Below, piece after piece: positions 25,664 to 35,878 of a DNA stretch of 35,878 nt. The translations under genes and the position numbers were made by a program. The stretch's first letter is position 1. The number at the start of each line of letters is the position of its first letter. The notes under the pieces are model-generated. The model was not told the DNA's origin and made no database searches. It saw nothing but the letters and a program-made list of their open reading frames with translations. This stretch comes from Basidioascus undulatus (Eukaryota): positions 1 through 35,878 of the forward strand of contig JTLS01000062.1 of NCBI GenBank assembly GCA_000826855.1. Direction: 5' to 3'.

Positions 25664-27131
25664 ATGCTGTCCCTCACCGCACTACGCCATACCATCCGGG
25701 CCTCTCCCTCACTCTCCCTCTTCTCCCGGGCGCCCAGTACCATCCTCCGACCCAATCCCCGCCCATTCTCCACCTCCCGTCCCTCCCTCGTCCACCCCAC
25801 GCCCGAGCGCGCATTGCGCACAACCTATTTCCAGCGCCCGGGCGGGGGTGGGTACAGCAGTGGTGGGCGTGGAGGGGGTCGGCGGGGGAACTCTGTGCGT
25901 TGCGTTCTGAAAGAAGTCGAAGTTGTTGAGCGCTGAACGAGGCCTGGTTGCAGTTCTTCGACTGGCTCAATCGCATGGACGAGCGCAAGATCCTTTATGG
26001 AATCATGGGCGCGAATGTGGCGGTCTTCCTGGGGTGGCAGTATGCGATCTCGAGCTAGTGAGTGGGCATCCTGTGAGGAAGAAGGAGGAAGGCGCAGGCG
26101 CTGATGAGCTTTTGGAGCGCACGACAGTCAGCGGTTTAGGGACCCGCACTTGCTCCTTTGGATGCAGCGCAACTTTTTGGTTAGCTGGGAGAACTTGAAG
26201 CAGGGGCGGCTGTGAGTTTCATTTCGGGTCACCAAGTTCCTGAGGTAACTAAAGGCTCACGCTTGCCGTGGCTTGTCCAGATGGACGCTCGTCACCTCCG
26301 CCTTTGTGCGTCCTGTGCCTCTCCCTCTACTCTCAAGCACCCTAATTTTTCCCCTCATTTACAGTCGCACAGTGACCTGGGCCACCTAGGCATCAACCTC
26401 CTCGGCCTTTACTTTGTGTGTCCCCTCGCTGCCCTCCCTCAACCCGCACTGCTCATTCTCCTCCCCTTCCACTAGATGGCGCCCCCCGTCCTCTCCATCC
26501 TTGGCGCGCCGGGATTCCTCGGTCTCTACTTCGGTGGCTCGCTCGTCGCGAGCGCGACAAGCCTGATCTGGCACCGCGCGACGGGGATGCGCGGCGCGAG
26601 CCAGGGCGCGAGCGGTGCGTGTTTTGGTCTCCGCAGCAACTGTGTATTAGCTTTAGAGGATAATCTAGACTGTGGGGATTGGAACAAGGCGCCATCTACG
26701 CCGTGATGTCCTTTTTCGCTGCGACCTACCCGAACGCAACTTTCCTCGTGTTTTTCGTTATCCCGGGTACGTTTTCTCTCGTCACCCCTGAAACGGACTC
26801 GACTGACGGCGAAATCACACACTCAGCGCCTGCATGGGCCTGTGTAGCTGGCATCGTACGTTTCCACCTCTTCTCTCGAATCCCATCTCAGTGCGACCAG
26901 CTAACGCAAGAATCTCCTCCGTACAGGCTGGCTGGGATCTCTGGCAGACTTTGAACAACCGGGGAAGCGCTGTGGACACGGCCGGACACTTGGGTGGGAT
27001 CGCAGCAGGTATCTGGGTGAGTTTCCAACTATACGAAAATCGCTACAAAGCGCGAGGCTGACTGATAGGCTCGCCGGCCGCCGCAGTTTGCCATGACGCG
27101 TGGACGGGCCCCAAGGGTCCCTTGGCGGTGA
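25664..27131 (+). CDS. PCP1: Mitochondrial rhomboid intramembrane serine protease (PCP1/PARL-like)
   Basis: Presequence-like N-terminus, WTLVTSAFSHSDLGHLGIN, catalytic GASG (SQGAS|GA) and the AGHLGG His motif, across about 9 exons. Confidence 0.85.
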
Positions 27132-27518
27132 TTGGATTGTATTTGCGGCATGAGGTGCATGCACGCATTGATGGGAATTGAATAGAAAAGAGTGCGGCTA
27201 AGAGGATGGCAGGGCTGTTGGGAAGGGTCGTACGCAGGGCGGCGTGCACCGCGCGCAGTCGGGCGGCTCTCACCGGCATGTCTCACCCTTCTTGCATGAT
27301 GGTCAGCGACGTTATACTGCGTGGTTGAAATCCACATGTAAACATTTGATACCGCAGTGACGAAACAGTGCTTAGGCGCGTGGCGATGTTGATCTGAATC
27401 CGAAACACAGACAATTTGCGCGAGTTGCCGTTCATCTCTCATCTCTATCTTCGATCTCGAAACTAGTCCTATTCCAGCAACTCAATATACCACACTCGAC
27501 TTCTCTCAGACCAAGACC

Positions 27519-28904
27519 ATGCCTGACATCGAGCAATTCGCGCTCTTCGACCTTCCGCTCGAGCTCATCCATGGCGCGGTCTCGTTTATGCCTCCGAGCG
27601 ACGCGGGCAACTTCGCGCTTGCGTTCAGGGCGTGCCACGAGCTCGCAATCCCCCCTCTCTTTTCTGGCTTCCGTCGCCGCATCATCTTTGGTGGTTCCTC
27701 TGGGAAGTACGACGACCCCGTGGCTGATCTAGAGGCAACGATTCGACAAAACGATGTCATTGAGGCGAACCCTGCTATTCTCACACATATTCTGTGCATG
27801 GTTCCCGGGTTCAAAAGTTCGCAACGCATTTGTTTGAAGCGAATCATACTGATCCACCACCTTTTCCATCTCCTTCTGCGTTCTCACCGTTCAGCTCGCT
27901 TCACCTTCGATTCGAACTGGCGTCGCCTGCGTCGGGGCGGGACCGCGCCGCCTTCCGCCTTCTGGGAATTCGAGCTTCGCCTCATGGACGGACCTTTTAA
28001 AGACGTCGCGATGCTCACTATGGTTGGCAAGCCCATGCGCTCCTCATGTCCCCGACTGGGGAGCATGTCTCTTCGGATCTCCTTCTACAACGGGCGATTC
28101 GCAATCTAGGTTCTCGACGAGATGCAACTGGTTCGGAACCTCAAAAACTTGCATATCGCGTTCTTACAGAAGGACCCCCGCTTCGTTCAGGGGTCGGCGC
28201 ATCCTTGTGTCCGGGTCGTGCTGAAAGCCCTCTTGGGCTGCTCGCTCACCTCGCTCCAGGACCGAACGATTCGCAGGAGTCGCCGGTTGACTTTGCGGCT
28301 TTCGATCCGCTGCCGTCGCTCCGCATGCTGTGCCATAGCTTCAGCAACACACCCACGACTTGTCTTGCCGACATCGCTGCAGCGTGCCCGCGTCTCTCTC
28401 ACCTCCGTCTCTCTCACCTCCGTCTCTCTCACCTCCGTCTCTCTCACCTCCACTTGCACTTTTCTGCGGCTTCCCAAGGGGGATGGGCAGGGTCGGCATG
28501 AGGTGCGTTGACCACGCTTGAAACCCATGCGTCCCAATACTGACGTTCCCGAGTTCACAGGACTCTGGCGCGGTCTTTTTCTCCTGTCTGGGGTGCTCTT
28601 GACCCTCCGCCTCCACCTCGACCTCGACCTCGACGCCGAAGCAGACGATAGGATTCCTGGAGTCGATGACACCAACATCGACGACGGCTGCAGCGTACCT
28701 CGCAAGTTCAGCGCTTGGTTCCAGCGCAGCAAGAAGCGGCACGTCGACAACGACTGCTCTCGCTCGGCAGATGCCCATTCTCGAAATGGTTTATTGGGAG
28801 AAGGGGACGATTGCTTGCCGGTGTTTCATAGTTCGCGCCGCCGAGTCGGCGGACGGGAGCATGCAGTGGAGCATACTTTCGAGGTTGCCGGTGGGAATGC
28901 GTGA
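27519..28904 (+). pseudogene. F-box/LRR-like gene with premature stop and frameshifts
   Basis: F-box LFDLPLELIHGAVSFM at the start. An in-frame TAG at 28107-28109 is followed by same-frame coding-like sequence (VLDEMQLVRNLKNLHI). The LRR-like pieces LPSLRML, CPRLSHL, LLTLRLHLD and LARQMPILEMVYW lie in different frames. Confidence 0.6.
28391..28450 (+). repeat. 15-nt tandem repeat (CGTCTCTCTCACCTC)x4, encoding RLSHL x4
   Basis: Four perfect copies read directly from the sequence. Confidence 0.95.
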
Positions 28905-29433
28905 TTGGGGCCGATGTTGTGGTTGGAGCAGCATTATTGAAAGTCCGTATTTTCTTGTGGATTCCTCATCAACAATACAAGCCAGATTGGTCGCCGGATT
29001 TTTGCCTAGTTGCAGTCAGCTGCGAACTTTGAAAGCCTCAAACGCCGCATTCAGCCTCGGACGACTCCATCCATCAATGAACTGTTCCGTGACTGCTATT
29101 GCTCGAAGTAATAGCCCTGATAGGATGAGGTGCGCAGCATCGGGGATCGATGTCCACTGCTTGATTTCGCGGTATTCTGCACGGTGGCAGCCGAGTGCGG
29201 TCAACGCTCACGCAACGGAACGCCGACGATCTTACCGGTGTGCAATGCTCTTCCAACGGAAATATGGTCCTTTATATAGCTGAATGTCAAGATGAAGTAT
29301 CCCAAATTGAGGTGCTGTTTTTGGCGTTAAACATGACTTCGAAGGTCATGCGCTGACCAAACAATGTCTTCTGCCTTCCCTTTTCTTGCCTTGCGCCTTT
29401 CTGGGTTGGCCACAAACCGCATTCTTTTTCGCG

Positions 29434-31626
29434 ATGGCGACCTCTACTGACAGCGCGCCGCCTCCGAAGCGGGCGCGGTTTGATCTTCCTTCCCCGCCGC
29501 CATCCGCGTCCGTTTCTCCCGATCCCCCACCCCGCCCGCGCTCCTCGACCCTCCATCGTCCTCACCCGCTCCTCATCAAGCCCTCCGGCAATGCGCTCCT
29601 CGACCCCGCCCGCGCAGCGCGTTCCAGGCGCTCCTCCCTCGGCTCGCTCGCAACGCTCTCGGACGAGCTCATCCTCGAGATGCTCGCGCTCCTCCCCGCC
29701 CCCGCGCTCTTCCGCCTGCAAGCCGTCAGCCGCGCCCTCTTCGCTTTCACGCGGCACCAGGCGCTGTGGAAGGTCCTCTACGTCGATCGTACGGAGGGGA
29801 ACATGGAGTGCTGGGATGGCGACTGGCGAAGAACGTACTGGGCCCAGTTCATGGCGCCTGCGGAGGTTGTAGAGGAGGGGCAGTTGGACGATGAGGATCT
29901 CGAGATGCCCGCAGACGGCATCACGACGCCCGACGTATTCTCCGACGTCCTTTTCCAGCCCCACCTGTGTTCTGCCCCACTTGCACACCACTTCACAGCC
30001 CCCACCGCACTCTCTAACATCGTCTCCCATCCCGCTCCCACCCTTACGCCATTCACTTTCGCATCCCTCTACGCGGCCACCTCGACACCCGTCATCCTCA
30101 CCTCCCTCATCCCCCACTGGCCATGCTTCTCGCCCTCCTCCCCTTCCTCCTCCTCCTGGAGCCTCCCCTCCCTCACGCGCCGCTTCGGAGACACCGCCTT
30201 CCGCGCCGAGGCCGTGACCGTGCCGATGCGCGTGTACGAGCGTTACTGCGCGAGTGTCGAGCGCGCGCGCGGTGCGATCGACGAGAGCCCGCTTTACCTC
30301 TTCGATTCGGAGTTTGTCTACCGCTCGGGCGGGGAGATGGGGCGCGAGTACGAGGTCCCGCCCATCTTTGGGGAGGACCTCTTCGGCGTGATGGGCAATG
30401 AGCGGCCGGACTACAGATGGCTAGTGCGTCCGTTTCTCGTTTCCTGTTTCCGGCGACAGTTCTGCTCACAGTCCGACGCAGATTGTAGGCCCCTCCCGCG
30501 CTGGCTCCTCATGGCAGTGCGTTTCACCCTGTTTCCATCGTCTTCAAAACCAGCCTTCTGAAAACCGCTCTTTTCACCCATTCACAGCAAGGACCCCAAC
30601 TCTACCTCCGCCTGGAACGCAGTGATCACCGGCGCCAAGGGCTGGATCCTCTTCCCGCCCGATATCCCCCCTCCAGGCGTATTCGTGTCCGACGGTGCGT
30701 GGGGCCTGTTCTGACTCTTGCCCAAACCCCGAACCTCGAGCCTTCGTGGATCTATCAGTAATGTGTTCTCATTCTCAACCACACTTGCAGACGAATCCGA
30801 AGTGACCTCCCCGCTTTCCATTGCCGGTGCGACCCCTTTCCCTCTTTCGCCCTCCCATCCCCAGTCTTTTCATTGATGTTGAGCATCCACACCTTCAGAA
30901 TGGTTTAACTCTTACTACACCGCCGCCCTAGGGCAGTACGGACCGCGCGCCAAGGACCCCAAGACGCGCGGGAGGATGCTGCAGGGCGTGTGTCGGGAGG
31001 GAGAGGTCATGTACATGTGCGTTGCCGTTCCGTTTCGCTTTATTTCTTGTGCACTCTCTCCCGGATGTACTGATGCGGTAAGGTGTGGGCAACAGTCCAG
31101 CGGGATGGTGGCACCTCGTCTTGAACCTCTCGCCATGCGTCGCAGTAACGCAAAACTTCGTATCCCGCTCCGAAGTCCGTCGTCCCCGCCCTCTCTCTCC
31201 CACATCCCGCCGCAAACCTCGCACACTCACCCTCTCAACGTCCCGCAGCTCCCTCAAGTCCTCAACTTCCTGCAGCACAAGCCGGACCAAATCAGCGGCT
31301 TCAAGCTGCGCCCCGCGTCCACGTCCTCCGCGCAGGACGCCGACGAGGCGTGCGTCAACTCGGCGGTGTATGAAAAGTTCTGCGCGGGGCTCGAGCGCGA
31401 TGTGCCGGGCGCGCTCGAGGAGGCGCGGGGGAAGATGAGCGCGAGGGAGAGGGAGAGGTCGAAGAGGGAGGGGAAGAAGGACCTGAAGAAGGACGGGAAG
31501 GGGTGGTGGGACAGGTTGAAGGAGGAGGGAGAGAGGGAAGCGGCGGGAGGGGGAGGCGGGTTCAGCTTTGGGTTCGCGATTGGGGAGGACGAGGAGGAGG
31601 AGGGGGACGGGGCGGGGGAGGCATAG
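29434..31626 (+). CDS. F-box + JmjC domain 2-oxoglutarate/Fe(II) oxygenase (JMJD6-like)
   Basis: HPLLIKPSGNAL and F-box LSDELILEML..LWK; PLYLFD; RPDYRWLIVGP.RAGSSWHKDPNSTSAWNA; PAGWWHLVLNL..AVTQNFV. The HxD...H metal triad is intact. Confidence 0.9.
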
Positions 31627-32353
31627 ATTTCTACTTCCCTTGCACGGGTCGTCTGCGTTTGGCGTGGACGAGGAATCGAGGAACAATAGCCGGACGGAGG
31701 CGGTGTGGACGGACGATACTGCTGCGGCTGAAGTGGGCTTTCCACGGCAGCCCATATCGGTGAGTTTACAGCAATGGACCACGATGGTTGCCGCGAGGGG
31801 GGGAGCACGCAGAAAACGCTGGCTGCCATACAAGGCCATGGCGAGATCTTGGAGTGCCTTGCTCGCTGCCTACGTGACTCTAGCTGAGCACCTCAAGCTT
31901 CGTAACGTACAGAAAAAGGTACAGGAAAGGCTCGGAAAAAGTATGCCAAAGACGATATGGTCAACTTCCGGCGCTAGGAAGAACTGGCAGGAGCAAAGCA
32001 CATTGCCCAACTTTCACACCCACTGCAGCTGCGAGGCAGCTCTCCGGTTCTCAATGGAACTGCACTGTTACAGGTCTGCCTAGTATCTAATTGTTTAGAC
32101 ACTACCCTAATAACTGTTCACCTTCTCACACGCGGGTATGACTGCGTCGTGGCCCATCGAAATGCGATCAAGGGGCCCATCTTCAGAGCTCACCAAGACA
32201 GAGTACAACTGCGCGAACTCGTGCACTGTAATTAACCGGGCAGTTTCCAAGGCCATGAGGAGGGATGGGCTCATCCGGTCTCTCAAACTATCCAGACGAA
32301 TTGGGAGGTACACGGGGTGAAAGGGGTCGCATAACCGACGACTTGCCGCAGGC

Positions 32354-32702
32354 CCTCCGACTGCCTCCTGCATTAGAATTCTAATACCACTCCCACTTAA
32401 TTTCAATCGTATTAGATACTTTCCCCTCGAAAACCAAATTGCTCATGCATCTTGTTACCAGGGGTCGACGGTCGAGGAGGTGACGGTCAGAGCAGAGGAG
32501 AATAGTCACCGCCCGCCTTGGATCCCGGCTGACCCTTGCACCGCACGCGGCTGGAACTTCTTTTTCATTCCAGCTTGATTATCGCCGTGGGTACCTACCT
32601 TTGATCGCTCGAGGAGTGGAATGCCTTGTACAGAAACACGTTTTGCGTTAGCATTTGACCCCAAAAGTTCTACCTGTGGGATACTTCAACAACGCGAGAT
32701 GG
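32354..32702 (-). repeat. Inverted, internally deleted copy of the 2457-3790 F-box locus
   Basis: 32451-32702 is the reverse complement of 2457-2708. It is joined directly to 32354-32450, the reverse complement of ~3701-3790 (shared tgaaattaagtgggagtggtattaga and gcagtcggagg). Confidence 0.9.
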
Positions 32703-33111
32703 ATAACCAAAGGCCGCCTCCCAGAACAAAGCAGCCAATCAATTGACCCCAAGCTGCAACAGGCTGCGTCGCGATGGCCCATGTTTCCCTTCCGCACTTT
32801 CGGAGCCTGTTGCATTTATGTAATTGCGCGTTGTCGCCGGTGTATCGCGCGCCTATCAAGTATTTTCGGGCGATACTCGTTGGCTCTCGCCATTCTCTCG
32901 GTATTCACGCCTTGCCCATAATGCGACTTTTCGTAGATCTGGCACAGGGAGAGAAGTGTGACATGAACGAGCAGAGCAGGCGAGGAACGGCAACATGCCG
33001 AGGGCAGAAAGAAAAGCGAGTCAAGTCTACGTCCTCCATCGCAAAGACAACAACAGCGAAACAGGCAGGCGGACTCAGTCCAGCCCACCCCCTTCGATCC
33101 TCTTCCCACCC

Positions 33112-35829
33112 TTACTCCTGGATGGACAGCGCCGCAACAGCGTCCTGCACGCCCGTGCTCACGTCCGCGAGCTCGCCGGTCTCGGTCTGCGCAATCACTG
33201 CAGAACATACGTTATCAGCACGGAGAAAGTGGACGATGTCAACGCGTATCCTCGACATACGCTTGGTGACCTTGCCGATGGCGATCGTCTTCCCTTCGTC
33301 GCGGAGCGTGAACCGGCCGAGCTGCGGGTAGTCGGCGAAGCGCTCCATGCAGATCGCGCCCGTCGCCTCGATGAGCGCGACAATCTTCTGGCCTGTGTGA
33401 TTGATACCGCAGCGACTCAGCTTCACAAAATCGCCTCCTATCTGCCACGACTCTTCCGATACGCACCCTTCTTGGCGAACTGGGGCGGCTTCTTCGACTT
33501 GCGGCCAGTCTTCTTGTCGTAGTAGTGCAGCAGAGCCTGTCATTGCGCCCACAAATGCAAAGTCAGCGAATCGCGGATGGCCATCACCTCTTTCCTCACT
33601 CCCGACTTACGGAAAGCGTGATCTCCTCCGCAGCAGTGTGGATGTGCATGACGGCGCTGTAGCCCGCGCAGATGATGTTCTTGTGGTCGAGGATAGCGAG
33701 CTGTGCCTCGAACTGGCGGACAGTCTTGACGGGCTTGGATGGGTCCGTGAGAACGAAACCGGGCTGGACGGCCTCGTCCTCGACGCCACGGAGGCGGATC
33801 CGGACGTTGTCACCACAGAGCGCGACCTGCGTCTCCTCCTCCATCTCGTTCTCGATCGCTTGCACTTCGACGATTTCCTGAACGCGCGCCGATCGAGACC
33901 AGCGGTAAGCTGCGTTGGACTGCGAAGCACCAATATTAGACATACCTTGTTGGGCATGAGCATGAGCTTGTCGTTGACCCGGAGCTTGCCGGACTCGATC
34001 TTGCCGACGACGATGGTGCCCATGTCCTTGTACTTGTCCGAGATGGGCATCATGAGCGGAGCCGATATCTTGCGATCGACGATGGGCATCGCGTCGAGGA
34101 AGGGGATGAGGGCGGGACCGCTGCACGGAACCCGACGCACGGCGTTAGGACACCAAAAAGTGTAAAGGCCCAGAGTAGAAAGGGGAGAACAGGGAAAGGA
34201 GCTCAATACGCACTCATACCACGGTGCGTCCGCCTTCTTAACGACCTCCTTGAGGTTTGCGCCGGTGTAGGCCGAGACGGGGATGTAGGTGATGTCCGTC
34301 TTCGGGTTAAAGCCGGTGCCGCGCAGGAAGGGCGTAAGCTTGTCGTGGATCTCGTCGTACCTGGCGCCACGTAGGACTCCTCGTTAGCGGTTGCCGCTGG
34401 CTGCGATAGAGAATATAAGGTGTACTCACCGAGCCTTGTCCCAGCGGACGGTCGGGTCGTCCATCTTGTTGACAACGACGATGAGCTTCTGCACACCCGC
34501 CGTCTTGACAAGCATCGCGTGCTCGCGCGTCTGGCCGCCCTTCTCGAAACCGGTCTCGAACTCCCCCTTGCGCGCGGAGATGACCTGCACAGCGCCCGCA
34601 CGTCGACGTAAGCTCGTTGTTCCCGACTCCGCCTGAAAACAATGGGAAGCGTGACATACCAGCACGGCAACGTCCGCCTGCGCCGCACCCGAGATCATGC
34701 TCGGCACGAACGTCTTGTGACCGGGAGCGTCGAGGATGGTGTACCGCCGTGTGGAAGTCTCGAAGTACGCACGACCGACTTCGACCGTCTTGCCCTGTTG
34801 GACCCCACATGCTCAACTTGTCAGACCCCGCTTGGAGCAAATGACAGATCGGAAATGACACGGACCTTGGCGCGCTCCTGCGGCGTCGAGTCGAGCGCCC
34901 AGGAGAGGTACCAGCTCTCACGACCGGCCTCCTTGGCATCGCGCTCGTACTTCTCCATCGTACGCTTGTCGACCATGCCGGTCAGGTAGAGCAGCTGGCC
35001 ACCCATGGTCCTGCAGTGCCATAAAACAAGTTCAGCCAAGTTTTCCAGCTGAACGATCGCCGTTGATGCCGCAGAAGAGGCCAAATGTAAATGGAGGGAG
35101 ACGCACGACTTGCCGGCATCGACGTGCCCGCAGAAGACGATGTTGAGGTGCTGCTTGGCTGGCGGGATCGGAACCGAGACGTGTGAGCAGGTAGCGAGGT
35201 CGAAGGGGAAAGGGGGCGAGACGCACGAACTGCACCATCCGTGCCGAAGAGGTCCTTGAGCGTCTCTTCGTCCGCAGCGGCAGACGTCTCGCGGAGGATT
35301 TGGTCCTAGATCCGACCATTCCGCCGTCAGCCTCTCCCGCCCTTCGCAGTGTTATCGCAGACAGCCAAGTAAAGTCAGCACTCACCGCCTTAGCCTGAGC
35401 AGCCGCGATGGCGGCCTTGCTCGGGGCAGCGGCAGACTTGGAAGCGCCCTTGGAAGCAGAGGCGACAGGGGCGGCAGCAGCGGGTGCGGCGGCCTTGGGA
35501 GCAGCAGGAGCGGCAGCGGGGGCAGGGGTAGACGGCTTGGACGGAGCGGAGGAAGAGGAAGCGGGGGTGGCAGGGACGTCTGCCTTTTTGGGGGCGGGAG
35601 AAGTGGGAGCAGGGGAGGCGGTGGGCTTGGGCTTGGAGCCGCCGATAGAGAGGGAGATGGTGGCGGGCTTGACGTTCTCCTCCTTTGGCGAGGCCGGAGC
35701 GGGAGCGGGGGCGGGAAGCTTGGAGCCACCGATTGAGAGCGAGATAGTCGGGGGCGGAGCGGGAGCGGGGGCAGCGTCGTCGACGGGCTTGCGCTCGAAG
35801 GGCTGAGCGGGAGCGGCGGGTGCGGAGGG
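33112..35829 (-). CDS. SUP35: Eukaryotic release factor 3 GTPase (partial; 5' end beyond the window)
   Basis: Motifs [108 protein letters not shown]. Pro/Ala-rich M region. The window ends inside an intron. Confidence 0.96.
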
Positions 35830-35878
35830 CTGGATTCCGTGAAGGGGGTAGGATATATGAAGGGTGCAACGCAGAAAG

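Noticed and set aside
28391..28450. Possible CRISPR-like or telomeric array
   Set aside because: Contiguous 15-mers without spacers inside coding-like sequence; a simple minisatellite.
29287..31839. Long antisense ORFs (29287-30117, 30928-31839) and similar ones opposite LYS12, ATP7 and SUP35
   Set aside because: Expected by-products of high third-position GC in the real genes on the opposite strand.
32107..32406. 99-aa minus-strand ORF next to the hollow repeat, considered as a transposase remnant
   Set aside because: Starts at a non-ATG codon inside the repeat's UTR-derived part, with no transposase, RT or Rep/helicase motifs visible.

Overview
Intron-rich eukaryotic DNA from a basidiomycete fungus (probably Pucciniomycotina, inferred from dense 50-100 nt GT/GC-AG introns, micro-exons and the protein families). 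I reconstructed about 16 genes by reading splice sites by eye. In order: the 3' end of a METTL25/RRNAD1-like methyltransferase, a basidiomycete membrane protein, an F-box gene with a decayed tandem copy, a DUF1275 protein, a TPR-like/MYND zinc-finger protein, a CCCH-ankyrin-AAA+ gene, CaM kinase (CMK1), ATP synthase subunit d (ATP7), two hypothetical genes, homoisocitrate dehydrogenase (LYS12), a TMEM70-family protein, a mitochondrial rhomboid (PCP1-like), an F-box pseudogene, an F-box/JmjC oxygenase and eRF3 (SUP35, 5'-truncated by the window). The most striking object is the gene at 9408-12757 (-), which the ORF track fragments. Spliced, it encodes three CCCH zinc fingers fused in frame to an ankyrin-like region and a ClpB/Skd3-type AAA+ domain whose Walker A, Walker B and sensor-1 motifs are all degenerate, making it a candidate RNA-binding pseudo-ATPase. 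Second is an inverted, internally deleted copy of the 2.4-3.8 kb F-box locus about 29 kb away (32354-32702). All exon boundaries are manual predictions and no database searches were run.
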